IMG/VR virus record: IMGVR_UViG_3300024581_003792
Location: 32,001 to 96,000 of that record
Reading direction: 5' to 3' (one strand)
From: a virus
DNA: 64,000 nucleotides
Numbering within the stretch: the first letter of the stretch is position 1; each line of letters opens with the position of its first letter. Shown here piece by piece: positions 20,003-30,900 of the stretch. The position numbers were made by a program, and so were the translations under genes. The notes under the pieces are model-generated. The model searched no databases. It was not told where the DNA came from and saw nothing but the letters and a program-made list of their open reading frames with translations.

Positions 20003-20980
20003 TCATTGTCCGCTCATATCCATCAAGTCTTTCATTGATAAAGTTCCCTTTTTCTTGGCAATGTCTGTCAAACTTTGACCTACAGGCTCCATTCCTAGTT
20101 CTGATAAATCTTCTTTTGTTGCGCCGACCACGGTTGATCCTGCGGAATTTTTATTCTCAAACTGTTTTTTCATTTTTTCACGGGATTCTGAAGAATTTGC
20201 AAAATCCAACAAGGCAGATGGATCTTTTTTTATTCTATCTGGAATGTTTTCATTTGTTTCAAAAATATTTTTAAAAATCCTAGTATACAATATTAAGTTT
20301 AATTGAAAGTTTGTTAGTTCGAGTATCGGTTTCCCGAAAAAGTCTATCGAGTTTTCGGAAAAGTGGTAGTAGACTTTGTAGAAATCTTGGATGGCTAGAT
20401 GCTGGATATTCTCTTCCCCAAAATTAGCATGAAACTTATTGTAAATAGAAACTAAATCAGAAACTTCTTTTGTGCTGGCGTACTCAAATTCTTCTTGAGT
20501 ATATAACCTGGTCTTTAGGTCTTCATCTTGATAAAAACTGTTGAATATATAAAAATCATTTGCTCGGTTTAAAGCATAACGATCCGCACTATTCTGTATT
20601 AAGCTTTGCTTCTTTGTTTTTAATTCTTCAAGATTTTTCTTTGCTTCTTCTATTTGTTTATTGATTTGATCCATTGCACTTTTAAGCACAATGTTCTTTT
20701 TGTTTTTTATTAAATTTTCAACGTAAAAAGATTGAGACTCTATTTCGGATTCGTCTTTATCTGACCATTCGCCTTCTTCTTTTAAGTTTTCAAATATTTC
20801 TTCTTCAGTGGGTAAGCCTTTAGATATGGCCCGATTTAAATACATTTCGTAAACATCATCAAAATCAACCAAATCGTCGGTTGATTGATGCTTAATGAAA
20901 CGTTTTTTTTCTCCTATATAAAAACCTGAGTATCCGTCAGATATTTCTTTGAGTAGTTTTCTGTATTTTTTTGAATCCAC
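20003..20980 (-). CDS. hypothetical protein (possible tail assembly chaperone)
   Basis: 325-aa helical, acidic ORF with GTG start; function inferred only from context. Confidence 0.4.
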   Translation of the reverse strand: MDSKKYRKLLKEISDGYSGFYIGEKKRFIKHQSTDDLVDFDDVYEMYLNRAISKGLPTEEEIFENLKEEGEWSDKDESEIESQSFYVENLIKNKKNIVLKSAMDQINKQIEEAKKNLEELKTKKQSLIQNSADRYALNRANDFYIFNSFYQDEDLKTRLYTQEEFEYASTKEVSDLVSIYNKFHANFGEENIQHLAIQDFYKVYYHFSENSIDFFGKPILELTNFQLNLILYTRIFKNIFETNENIPDRIKKDPSALLDFANSSESREKMKKQFENKNSAGSTVVGATKEDLSELGMEPVGQSLTDIAKKKGTLSMKDLMDMSGQ

Positions 20981-20983
20981 CCA

Positions 20984-21748
20984 TTATAAATTCCCTTCTT
21001 CGAGATCTTTTTCTAGATTCTCAAAATCTTCTTGGGATGGGTTTTGGCTGAAATACCAAAAACTGACAAATGTCATGAGTTTTTCTTTTGCTAAATCAAA
21101 AACAGGATCACCTTTCTCATCCATGATATAATAAGAATCTTGCTTTTGTTCGTCGTTTTCTCCTTCAAACAGCGGAACAATAGATCCTTCGCCAGATTTA
21201 ACGTAACATAAATTAAGCATATACCAAAGGATCGTTTTATTCTGAGCTTTTGTATCAGCTGTATGATTAAAAACATTTTGATATGCTGTCTCAAGGTCAA
21301 CTATCGATCTTCTAAGTTCAGCAAAATTCTCAGTAAGATCTGCTTGTTTTTTGACGTCTTCGTCTGACTTATTTTTCCTGTTATTGAGTCTAGTTAGAGA
21401 CTCTTGCGTCTCGGAAAGTTCTCTGTATAATCTCATTAAAGAATTAGAGTCCTCTTCTGTTAATAATCCTCCACTATCGCTGTATTTTTTTGCCATCATC
21501 GCTTTAGTTAGGATGCCGCGCTTGATGCATTTGCTCATTTCGACACTAAACTCCATGTCTGCATCTTCTATTTGTCTTCTTGATGGTTCGTAGATGATGA
21601 CTTCGTGAGGAATTTCTTCTGATACTGTTTCAACTTTTTCGACCTTTTTAGTCTCTCCGGACTCTGGGTCTTTTTCTTCAACAGTAGATTTTTTCTCTAC
21701 TTCGCTTTTAGTTGTAACTGTAAACTTGTAAATAATTTTTTTGTTCAT
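20984..21748 (-). CDS. hypothetical protein (possible tail assembly chaperone)
   Basis: 254-aa ORF with coiled coil; AGGTATAAGG upstream. Confidence 0.4.
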   Translation of the reverse strand: MNKKIIYKFTVTTKSEVEKKSTVEEKDPESGETKKVEKVETVSEEIPHEVIIYEPSRRQIEDADMEFSVEMSKCIKRGILTKAMMAKKYSDSGGLLTEEDSNSLMRLYRELSETQESLTRLNNRKNKSDEDVKKQADLTENFAELRRSIVDLETAYQNVFNHTADTKAQNKTILWYMLNLCYVKSGEGSIVPLFEGENDEQKQDSYYIMDEKGDPVFDLAKEKLMTFVSFWYFSQNPSQEDFENLEKDLEEGNL

Positions 21749-21781
21749 GTAATATACCTTATACCTTTTTTTATTATAAAC

Positions 21782-22078
21782 TTAAAATTTAAAACTTATA
21801 GTAAAATTTTCAAAACTACTTTCTGCGTCTCTTATGCTGTCATTACCCATGTCTAGTATTTTCTTTCTGAGGTACTGTAGTTTATATTGATCGAAATAGT
21901 CAGCCTGATTAATGAGGCTTTGATATTCTTTAGGTAGAGCATCGCTCAACTTTTTAAAATTAATGACATGATCCCTATGAAGATCTTCAATCAAAATCAA
22001 AAAAGATTTAAATAAAACCTTTGTGTTTCTTTTATATACATCACTTACAATATCTTCAGGATCAATCATTTTTAGCAT
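21782..22078 (-). CDS. hypothetical protein
   Basis: 98-aa ORF; TTGAAA-N16-TAATAT upstream. Confidence 0.6.
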   Translation of the reverse strand: MLKMIDPEDIVSDVYKRNTKVLFKSFLILIEDLHRDHVINFKKLSDALPKEYQSLINQADYFDQYKLQYLRKKILDMGNDSIRDAESSFENFTISFKF

Positions 22079-22143
22079 TTAATATATATTATTAGCGGTT
22101 AGTATTTTTTCAATATATTCCTTGGTCGGTGTACTCATATAGT

Positions 22144-22593
22144 ATGACTTCTTATTTAAATAATACCGAGAAAATGGCATTAGAGTCCGTCATGGATAAC
22201 ATGCATGAGACTTTTGCGAGGACAATTTTTGCCTATAAGGATAGTAAAAAAATAATCGTAAGCACAGATCCGAATTTCAACTTTCTGTATAACAATGTGA
22301 GAGGTGTTAAAAAAATAATAAATAAAACCCAGTTTAAGTCATTACAAGCAAGAGTCTTATATATGGACAAGCAAAACGAGGTTACTTTTGATTCTCAAGT
22401 CGATAGTCAGATTAAAGTAAGCCACGATATCGGAGAGGTTAGAATTAAACTCGACGCAGAAGGTTATAGTTATTTCAAAGACGCAAAAAGAGTAGAAATA
22501 GATGGACGCTTAATGTTTAAGGTTACTGATGTTAAAAAACATGGATTATTCAGGCCGCGATTCTTTACGTATTATCTGCGCCCAACAGACTAA
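22144..22593 (+). CDS. putative head closure/stopper protein
   Basis: Beta-rich, ~150 aa, first of the neck triplet before the tail tube; start MTSY 10 nt after GTGTA. Confidence 0.45.
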   Translation: MTSYLNNTEKMALESVMDNMHETFARTIFAYKDSKKIIVSTDPNFNFLYNNVRGVKKIINKTQFKSLQARVLYMDKQNEVTFDSQVDSQIKVSHDIGEVRIKLDAEGYSYFKDAKRVEIDGRLMFKVTDVKKHGLFRPRFFTYYLRPTD

Positions 22594-23228
22594 TGAGTAT
22601 CATATATACCATTAATGGGAAAAAGCTTCACCAGGAAATCATCACGAGTTTAGCGCAAAAAAACAATCCCACCCAAATTAAAAATAGCTTAAGGCTCGAT
22701 AATGGCGAATTGCTTGTTAGGAAATTTGAATCAATGAAGCGGAGTATGATCAGGGAGTTTCTGAACTTGCCAGTAACTAAGGAAATACTTGCGGGACCAG
22801 GCGCATCAAACACTAGTGGTACTCTTGGGGGTTACGGTAATTTGTTTTCGTTCATAGGTTTTAGCGAGCAGGATCAACCGATTGATCCAATCATTCAACT
22901 ACTAAATCAAACATCCATACAAGTATCCAAGGTTAGTAGGTTAGGCTCTATAAACGTAAGAATAACGATGCCTAGTAAAGATGATATTTTCGCGGTGACA
23001 CCACTGCCTTGGGCGACTGGAATTAGTTGGGCGCAAAGAATAGAGCTTGGTTTGTCTGGATTGGGTGTATATTTTAATAAAGAATCCGTTTCAAGTAGAT
23101 CATCCATGGGCTTACAAATCAAGAATAAAATCAGGCAGGGTGCATTCACGAATGTACCATATATATCTAGGTTTATAAAAAGATGGCAAAATCTATTCAT
23201 AAAAATAGAAAAAAAAATTACCATATAA
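22593..23228 (+). CDS. putative neck/tail completion protein
   Basis: Basic protein with WAQRIELG motif reminiscent of HK97 gp10-like proteins; synteny. Confidence 0.45.
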   Translation: MSIIYTINGKKLHQEIITSLAQKNNPTQIKNSLRLDNGELLVRKFESMKRSMIREFLNLPVTKEILAGPGASNTSGTLGGYGNLFSFIGFSEQDQPIDPIIQLLNQTSIQVSKVSRLGSINVRITMPSKDDIFAVTPLPWATGISWAQRIELGLSGLGVYFNKESVSSRSSMGLQIKNKIRQGAFTNVPYISRFIKRWQNLFIKIEKKITI

Positions 23229-24137
23229 ATGAAGCCTCAATTTCAACATGAAGCTAATACTAGTTTTGCATTATGGCTAGATCATTATCTGTTGGTTAGG
23301 GGTGAAGCATTCTCAAATAGACAAGGAGATCTTTATTATACTCCAGACGAGAGGTTGCCCGTTTACCCCGAAGACCCGGAAGGATTTGTTTCTTATAACA
23401 GTGAGTACAAGCAGTGGGTTTATGATAGTGATGTAAAAGATGCAGAAATACCGAGCGGGGTATATATAGACACCGGAGATGGAATTTATAATTTTTGTGA
23501 ACGAGGTCAAAGTGGATTGATAATCGATTTTGATAACGGAAGAGTATTATTAAGCGGGCAATATTTTCCTGAGAACTACAACACACTACAGATCAACGCA
23601 GACTTTGCAGTAAAAGATGTAAATATATATCTTGCTGATGACACTGAAGAGAATCTAGTTTTAGAAAATAAATATAATGTAAATAGTAGGAGCACCCCGA
23701 ACTATGGAGAGGGAATTGGTTTGCCTGCATACGAACAAGTCGCTCCCGCAGCATTTGTATCCATGGAAAGATCTGTAAATACTCCTTTTGCTTTTGGTGG
23801 AGAAGATCTTACCCATTTATACTATAGGGTAGTATTTTTCGCTCAAGACCTTTATCAATTAGACGGAGTAATGTCCTTGTGTACTGATGCGTACAATGTG
23901 GGGATTAAAAATTTAGGATATGACCAACATCCATTCAATGAATATGGAGACTTAAAAACCGGTTATTACAATTATAGGGAAGCTGTTCAAAATTGCGATC
24001 ATCCTGGAGCAATTATGTTTATAGATGACGCAAAAGCTTCAAAAATCAGTGACAAATTAACAAGAACAACTAATCCAGATTTATATTTAGGATTTGTAGA
24101 CTTTGAAGTTAATCAAGCAAGATACCCAAGATTATAA
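23229..24137 (+). CDS. putative tail terminator protein
   Basis: Immediately upstream of the major tail gene; PAAFVS...YRVVFFAQD pattern. Confidence 0.45.
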   Translation: MKPQFQHEANTSFALWLDHYLLVRGEAFSNRQGDLYYTPDERLPVYPEDPEGFVSYNSEYKQWVYDSDVKDAEIPSGVYIDTGDGIYNFCERGQSGLIIDFDNGRVLLSGQYFPENYNTLQINADFAVKDVNIYLADDTEENLVLENKYNVNSRSTPNYGEGIGLPAYEQVAPAAFVSMERSVNTPFAFGGEDLTHLYYRVVFFAQDLYQLDGVMSLCTDAYNVGIKNLGYDQHPFNEYGDLKTGYYNYREAVQNCDHPGAIMFIDDAKASKISDKLTRTTNPDLYLGFVDFEVNQARYPRL

Positions 24138-24146
24138 AAAAAATAT

Positions 24147-24176
24147 TTCCCAATAAAAAAAACATAATGTAATTTT
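24147..24176 (+). promoter_or_regulatory. putative late promoter TTCCCA-N14-ATGTAATTTT
   Basis: Intergenic copy of the motif at 10341; upstream of AGGAG RBS and ATG 24215. Confidence 0.6.
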
Positions 24177-24214
24177 ATACAAACAATTATTTTCACAAAT
24201 AGGAGACTTAAAAA

Positions 24215-26524
24215 ATGGCTGTACATAGAAATCGAGTAATTTATCAATCAGAAGCATTATTCATTAGCCCCGACGCTACTGGATATCACTTTACCGGAGC
24301 TTCCGGAATCGAGACAATCGCAAATGTCGGAGATGGGCCATTTGGTCTTATGACTCCTCCTCTTAGTGGTCGCCAAACCATTGGAGGCTCAGTTACATCT
24401 CCAGCAAAAAATAACGCAGGTCAAGCAGTTGGATGGCAAGAAGGAGATGCTTGGCCAGTATGGAATCCTGGTAATGCTGCGGGAGCAAAAGCTCAATTCG
24501 ATGGAAAAGTAGTTAAGAGCGATGCACAAGAAAATATTAGCATAACATCTATACGTGCGGGATCCGCTGGTGATGCGACTACTGCAGCAGCAAACGGAAC
24601 CACTGATACAATTAGATCGGTTTTGAATGATATAGGTGAAAACGGCCCATTGACAGCTGGAGATGAAACACTAATCCTAGATGCTGGTCAGACTATAACT
24701 TTAGGTGGTGGTGTAAATGAAGCACAATCTACTGTAGTTCAAGCAGGTATCACTTATACGGCAGTAACTGCAGGTGCAGCGGGTGATGCTATAACAATCA
24801 CACATACTGATGCTGGCGCTGGCAATCCAATTGCTATCACCGTTGCTGGTAATGATATTGCTGTATCCGCTGATGTTGCAGGTCCTACTACTAATCTAGA
24901 TGTTGTAGCCGCAATCACTGCTGATGTCGATGCTAGTGCATTAGTTACTGCAGCCCAAGCCGGAGGTAATTTTGCTGCAGCTGCACAGGCTAATTTAGCT
25001 GGTGGTGTAGATGAAGTAAAGGCGTCTTTCAACGGAAATTTAGAGGTTGCAAATAAAACAGTTGATGTTAAAATTGTTTCCAACGGATTTGGTGCCGCTG
25101 GTAACTTCACTATTGCGAGCGCAAGTTTCGATGGTGTTACCAATTTAACTAATTTGGTAGGAGCACAAGGAACTGTAACTGCTGGAGGAAGCACTGTTTT
25201 TCCTATTGGTACTCCTGATATTATTGTTGGCGGTGGCGATGCATACGAAGCCGTTGCTCATGGTACAATCATCAAGCAACTCAAAAGAGTTCAATCTGCT
25301 AATTACGGATTTACTATCAATCGTCAAGACGTAAATCAATTTGGTCATGCCTCAAGATTAGATGCGGTCATTATCGAATCTCCCACCGTTAATCTTGACT
25401 TTTCTTATTATCTATTAGACGGATATAACGAAAGAATGCTCGAGTTTGTAACTGACGGTCAGACTAACACGCTTAGTGGATCATTAACCCCTGAGCTTTA
25501 TCAGGCTGGTAACAACTTCTTTATTCTCACTACTCCAGAATCTAGGGATGCTGTAGCTGGTGATGTATCTTTGAATAGCGAAGTTGATCATATGGGTAAC
25601 TCCAAAGAAGAAACAAAAAGTGTTATCTCCTTGGGTAATGGTTACGTAACTGACTACAGTGTTGACATTGCAGTAGGAGCTATTCCAACCGTTAATGTAA
25701 CTGTTGAAGGAATGAACATCCGGGCCGATCATGGAACAACCGGTAATGATCTTCCAGCAATGGACATGAAGGATGGATCAAAAATTAGTTCCGCATGGCA
25801 AACTGCTGCCGACGGTTCGATTCAAAAAGGAGTAGGGCGTGGAGCCGACGGATGTACTGGGTTATATTCGTTACCACCTGCCGATAAATTCTTTACTGGA
25901 TGCGGTGATGTTGCGGCACTTCGCCCTGGAGATGTTGTTGTTGATTTAGCTAACAAGAGCTTGCTTTCTCAATCGGTAAGCGGTAACTCTCAGCGTCCGA
26001 TTGTTGGTAGTGCTCATGTTCAATCTGTCAATATCAGCCTTCCTCTCTCGAGGACTCCATTGCAAAGACTTGGATCAACTTTTGGCTTCTCAAAGGCAAT
26101 CGATTTACCTCTTACCGCTACATTTAGTGTAAGCGCCCTGCTTTCAGATCTGAAAGAAGGTAATATGGTTGATTTATTATGTGACTGCGAAGAGTTTGAT
26201 GTAGGAGTAACTATTTATGACTCAGAGTGTAACGACTGTAAGGTCAAAGAAGATCCTAATAATGTCGCCATGCGATATACCCTAAAGGGAGCAAGACTTG
26301 AGTCCGAGAATTTCTCAAGCTCTATTGGTGACAATAAAACTGTAGACCTGGTGTTCTCTACTCAAGTAGGAAGTTCCGATGATCAGCTCAATGGTTTATA
26401 CATATCAGGAAAAGAAGCGAGAATGGGATCTCACCAAGGAAAAGGGCTTCCTCCAGCCTGGACCGGAATTGGCGGCCAAACCTTAGATGCAGCATCCGGA
26501 TTTCTATTTGGTTACAGACCATAA
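24215..26524 (+). CDS. major tail tube protein with Ala/Gly-rich insertion
   Basis: RVQSANYGFTINRQDVNQFG, PTVNLDFSY tube-like motifs in two halves; strong RBS; downstream hairpin. Confidence 0.7.
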   Translation: MAVHRNRVIYQSEALFISPDATGYHFTGASGIETIANVGDGPFGLMTPPLSGRQTIGGSVTSPAKNNAGQAVGWQEGDAWPVWNPGNAAGAKAQFDGKVVKSDAQENISITSIRAGSAGDATTAAANGTTDTIRSVLNDIGENGPLTAGDETLILDAGQTITLGGGVNEAQSTVVQAGITYTAVTAGAAGDAITITHTDAGAGNPIAITVAGNDIAVSADVAGPTTNLDVVAAITADVDASALVTAAQAGGNFAAAAQANLAGGVDEVKASFNGNLEVANKTVDVKIVSNGFGAAGNFTIASASFDGVTNLTNLVGAQGTVTAGGSTVFPIGTPDIIVGGGDAYEAVAHGTIIKQLKRVQSANYGFTINRQDVNQFGHASRLDAVIIESPTVNLDFSYYLLDGYNERMLEFVTDGQTNTLSGSLTPELYQAGNNFFILTTPESRDAVAGDVSLNSEVDHMGNSKEETKSVISLGNGYVTDYSVDIAVGAIPTVNVTVEGMNIRADHGTTGNDLPAMDMKDGSKISSAWQTAADGSIQKGVGRGADGCTGLYSLPPADKFFTGCGDVAALRPGDVVVDLANKSLLSQSVSGNSQRPIVGSAHVQSVNISLPLSRTPLQRLGSTFGFSKAIDLPLTATFSVSALLSDLKEGNMVDLLCDCEEFDVGVTIYDSECNDCKVKEDPNNVAMRYTLKGARLESENFSSSIGDNKTVDLVFSTQVGSSDDQLNGLYISGKEARMGSHQGKGLPPAWTGIGGQTLDAASGFLFGYRP

Positions 26525-26550
26525 TCTTAAGTAAAAAAACTTATTTAAAA

Positions 26551-26584
26551 AAATACACCGCAGTCGAATGGCTGCGGTGTATTT
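26551..26584 (+). terminator. hairpin/terminator after major tail gene, overlapping a GTGTA motif
   Basis: AAATACACCGCAGTC-gaat-GGCTGCGGTGTATTT. Confidence 0.7.
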
Positions 26585-26590
26585 ATATAT

Positions 26591-27949
26591 ATGGCTTTTA
26601 GAGATAGAACTGCAATGCGTTATAATTCTGTCGGTCTTTTCTTGACCGACTCTCCGGCGCATAAACCTAAAAGTAAAGATACTAAGTTTTTTAATAGAAT
26701 CCAATCTGCCGGATTCTCCATAGATGTTCAGAGGCAAAACGTTCAACAAATAGGTTCCGAAGATTTTGTAGACAGAAAAATAGTTTCAAACGCCACGATC
26801 AACGTAGATATAGAATATCTATTAACAGATGGATACGAAGAGAAAATATTAGGATTAAATATCGCACCACCTTCAGTTATTTACGATAAGAATCAAGACG
26901 AAATACCTGTAGATTTCACGACTAGTGGGACGATATATAATGATCTACAGGAAGATAAGTCAATGTTTTTTATGATAGGAGAAGAACAGTTTGACTTAAC
27001 TGGATACGGAAAAAAAGAGGGTGGATTTTCAGGCTTAGATGTTATTTCGGTGGGTAATTGTTTTGTAACAAATTATTCAATATCTGCAAGTGTTGGAGAT
27101 TTTGCCAAATCATCAGTTTCGTTAACTGCATCAGATATATCTTATGGATGCGTAGGATCAGGTAAGGGAGGCTTTGTTTGGAAACAAATATCTGATACTT
27201 TGGGGGCCTTGCTGTTACAAATAGATGATAGTGATGACGACTTTGTTTTATTTCAGGACGAAGGTAAGATATTATTCGAAGAAAACTTACAAACAGAAGA
27301 ATTAGGAGGAGCAAAAAATCCATCTATGGATTTAAGCAAAGGAGGGGTTGAATCCACGTCTGGATTTGTGTTTAATCCTTATTTATATCATGCGCCTGTA
27401 AGTGCCATCAGGCCTGGCGGAATCTTTGTAAGAATTAAAAACATAGATGTAGGAGGTCCAGTACTCTCTATTGACGGAGGAGGTATATGTATGGAGGGAG
27501 AGGCTAATATACAATCTTTTGATATTTCTGTACCATTTGAAAGAGAAAATTTGGGCGGATTTTCATCAATGCATGTATTTGGAAGAAAAATGAAGTACCC
27601 GCAAATCGGAACAATATCCCTTTCTTTGCTTGCAAGCGCATTTACAGAGGGTAATTTTCAAGATATTTTTTGTGATGATGGTGAATACGAAATTGAAATC
27701 GAAATGACAAATACATGCAAAGCGAGCTGTCTAAAAAGGCAACCTGTAGAAAAACATATGCACTATAGTATTAATAATGCAAAACTAGATGGTTATACTA
27801 CTAATTTTTCTGTAGGAGGAGTTGCTACGGTTGATTGTAGTTTTTCTTTTGGCATGAGCAGGAATAACGGATTATTTATAAGCGGCACTCATGAGAACTA
27901 TAAATTAGGTTATTGTGATACTTTTAGATTAAGGCCTGAGTTGGTTTAA
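26591..27949 (+). CDS. tail tube paralog (minor tail protein)
   Basis: Aligns by eye to 24215 ORF: RIQSAGFSIDVQRQNVQQIG, YLLTDGYEE..L, SVGNCFVTNYSI, IRPG, IQSFDISVP. Confidence 0.7.
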   Translation: MAFRDRTAMRYNSVGLFLTDSPAHKPKSKDTKFFNRIQSAGFSIDVQRQNVQQIGSEDFVDRKIVSNATINVDIEYLLTDGYEEKILGLNIAPPSVIYDKNQDEIPVDFTTSGTIYNDLQEDKSMFFMIGEEQFDLTGYGKKEGGFSGLDVISVGNCFVTNYSISASVGDFAKSSVSLTASDISYGCVGSGKGGFVWKQISDTLGALLLQIDDSDDDFVLFQDEGKILFEENLQTEELGGAKNPSMDLSKGGVESTSGFVFNPYLYHAPVSAIRPGGIFVRIKNIDVGGPVLSIDGGGICMEGEANIQSFDISVPFERENLGGFSSMHVFGRKMKYPQIGTISLSLLASAFTEGNFQDIFCDDGEYEIEIEMTNTCKASCLKRQPVEKHMHYSINNAKLDGYTTNFSVGGVATVDCSFSFGMSRNNGLFISGTHENYKLGYCDTFRLRPELV

Positions 27950-27986
27950 ATTTTTTACGTGTAATATATCATAGGTATAAGGAATT

Positions 27987-30900
27987 ATGGCAGGTATTAG
28001 GGCAGACGTAAATTTAAGCGTTAACACGTCAAATGTTAAACGTAGCCTTGATCGTGCAACAAACGAAATCAATAAAGTTGTTAACGGAATTAGCGGTAAG
28101 CAGGTTTCTTTTAATGTAAATCAGAAAAGCTTTACGCAACCTCTTGGTAGGATTACTCAATCTGCTAATGAGTTCACTAAATCACTTGAGGCTTCAAATG
28201 CTCGGGTTATTGCCTTTGGACTATCTGTATCCATAATCAATGGCATTAGTGATGCCTTTAGGAGTTTAGTAGTAGAGGCAGTCAGGTTTGAAAAAACAAT
28301 GGCCGACATTAATGCTGTCATGGGTATGTCAAACGAAGGTTTAGCTGAATTTGGTGAAGGTCTTTTTGATGTAGCGCAAGCAACTGCTCAATCTTTTAAT
28401 GTTGCTGCCGAAGCAGCTTTGGAATTTTCAAGACAAGGCCTTGAAACTGAAGAAGTTTTGAGAAGAACTAATGACGCCTTAATACTAACAAGATTAACCA
28501 GCTTAGATGCCGCTGATGCGGTATCTGGATTAACTGCAGCAGTAAATGCATTTGGTAAAGCAGGATTGACTACCACTGATATTATTGATAAACTTGCTGC
28601 CGTAGATGTTGCCTTTGCTGTCAGCTCTGAAGACTTAATTAATGCCCTGCAAAGATCTGGCGCTGTAGCTATAGACGCTGGGGTTGAGCTTGACAGTTTG
28701 ATTGGTATAGTAGCCGCCCTACAGCAAACTACAGCCAGAGGTGGGGCTGTAATTGGTAATAGTTTAAAAACTATCTTCACAAGAATTCAGAGGCCGGAAT
28801 CTATCAGGCAAATAGAAGATCTTGGTATAGTTGTTAGAGATTTAAGTGGCGCAATTCTTCCCGCCGATAAAATCTTATTAAATATGGCCAAAAGCTTTGA
28901 TGGTCTGACGCAAGCTCAACAATCAAATGTGGTTCAGTTTTCCGCAGGTATATTTCAGGCAAACGTTTTTCGTGCTGCTTTGGCAGATTTAGCTAAAGAT
29001 CAAAGCCTGCAAGCGAAAGCTACCGAAATTTCATCAAAAGCCTCTGGAGAGGCCGCCAAAAAAAATGAACTTTTAAATAAAACCATCTCGGCTCTTGCTT
29101 CTCAAACTGGCACTAAAATTCAAGAATTGGCTGCGGTGCTTGGAGAAATGTCTCTTGGCCCAGGAATCGGAAGCGCATTAGAGTTTTTGAGCGAACGATT
29201 AGATGAAATAAGAGGTATCCTTGGCGGAGGAGAAGAGGAAGGTAGTACTTTTGCCAAAGGATTAGTTCGTGGAATAGGAAATATAATTACAGGTCCAGGC
29301 GCCATAGCATTTGGAGCAATTTTTATAAAAATGTTTATGAACATTGCCAAGTTTGCTCAAACATCAATGAAGGATGTTCTTGGTGTGGTGAGCCAAAAAG
29401 ACAAAATAAGAAACATGGAAGAGGCAATTCTTCAAGCTTTATCCAAAAACGTACATATTCAGCAATCCTTGAACAACCTAGAGGGTGATCGACTGGCTCA
29501 GGAAAAATTTATGCTTGGAATAATAGAGGCTCAAACCCAGGCGATGAAAGAGCAGCAAATGCTTGCGAGAAGTTTAGCTGGACCACTTGTTCAGAAAGGT
29601 GTCAGCCCTACTATGATAGGAGCATCATCGGGCGTTGTACCAGAAGCAGCCAAAAAGCAGGAAAGACGTGGAGCGATACAAGGAGGATATTCTCCCGGAG
29701 CCATCGATTCAATGCAGGTTGCCGGGCTTGGTAAGGTTATATACAATAAAGCCGAAACTGTAAAGCAGTTTCCAGGTATGAAGCAGCCAGCAATCATGCC
29801 GCCAGAAAGAAGTAAGGCGGGTACTGTATATCAAAAATCTTTCAAAGAAAGGCATGGCTTTGATCCCTATGCTAGCCACGGCTTTGTGCCCAACTTTGCT
29901 ATGAAAAGAGGGGCTACCCTGGTGATGGATAAAGCTAAATTAAAAATATTTGGCACCGATGTTGACATAGGAAAAGCAGTTAATAAAAAATACCAAGAAA
30001 TTCAAGATCATTTTCAAACAAAGACGCCAATTAATATAGAAGCTGGACTAAACCAAATCATTACTTCTTCCAGTAAGCAGAAGAAAGAAAGTACGGGCAA
30101 AGAATCTTTGTTTGAAAGTTTCGAGGGTTTATCTGAGGCGGGTATACGATCCATCGAGAGGCCTTTTGATGTAAGAAATATTGGCGCCGCTAAATCAAGA
30201 AGTAAAAAACCTAAAAAAATAACAAACGCAGAGTTTGCAGAAAAAAAGGTTATGGGTCTTCTTAATAGGGAGCAAAGCGTTGACAAGGTGGACAAAAAAG
30301 AAAGTTACCGACTTACTCATGATCCTGAAACAAACAGGGGCACCCCCGATTACCCTGTAGACATTATCTCATATGGTCAAAATTATCCAACTTATGAAGT
30401 TAAGAGCGGCAGCTTTGATCCAGCAAATCTTATATCTAAAAGTCTTCGTATGGCTTCTGATCGAGAGTTGCCAAACTGGATGCAACAAAATAAAATAAGC
30501 GGCGGCAAAAAACTACAAGAAAGAAAACTTAAAAAAGCCGAAACCTTGTCAAAGAAATTAGATTTATATGACCCCAAGCAAAAGAAAAGCGCCAAAGAAG
30601 AGGGGTTTGAATTTAGTCAAGATTTTGCTGACGAATGGGGATTAAGTCAAGGGTTTATTCCTAACTTTGTGGCAAAACATCACATTGATCAAGGTTTTGT
30701 AGAAAAATATACAAGCGTAAGAAATAATTTAGGCGAAAGGTTCAAAGATAAGCAAGAATTCTTAGAATACTTTAAAACACAAGCAAAAAACGTAGTACAA
30801 AAACTAAAGAATAACCTAGAGTTAAGCTCTGACCCAAATAAGAAAGAAAAGCAAAAAATCGCAGGTATCAATGAGGAAGACTTCGAGAAAGCGACTTCAT

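Noticed and set aside
24215-26524. Tail sheath protein (myovirus)
   Set aside because: Size is sheath-like, but the conserved parts match the tube paralogs and the tip is lambda M/L/K/I/J type
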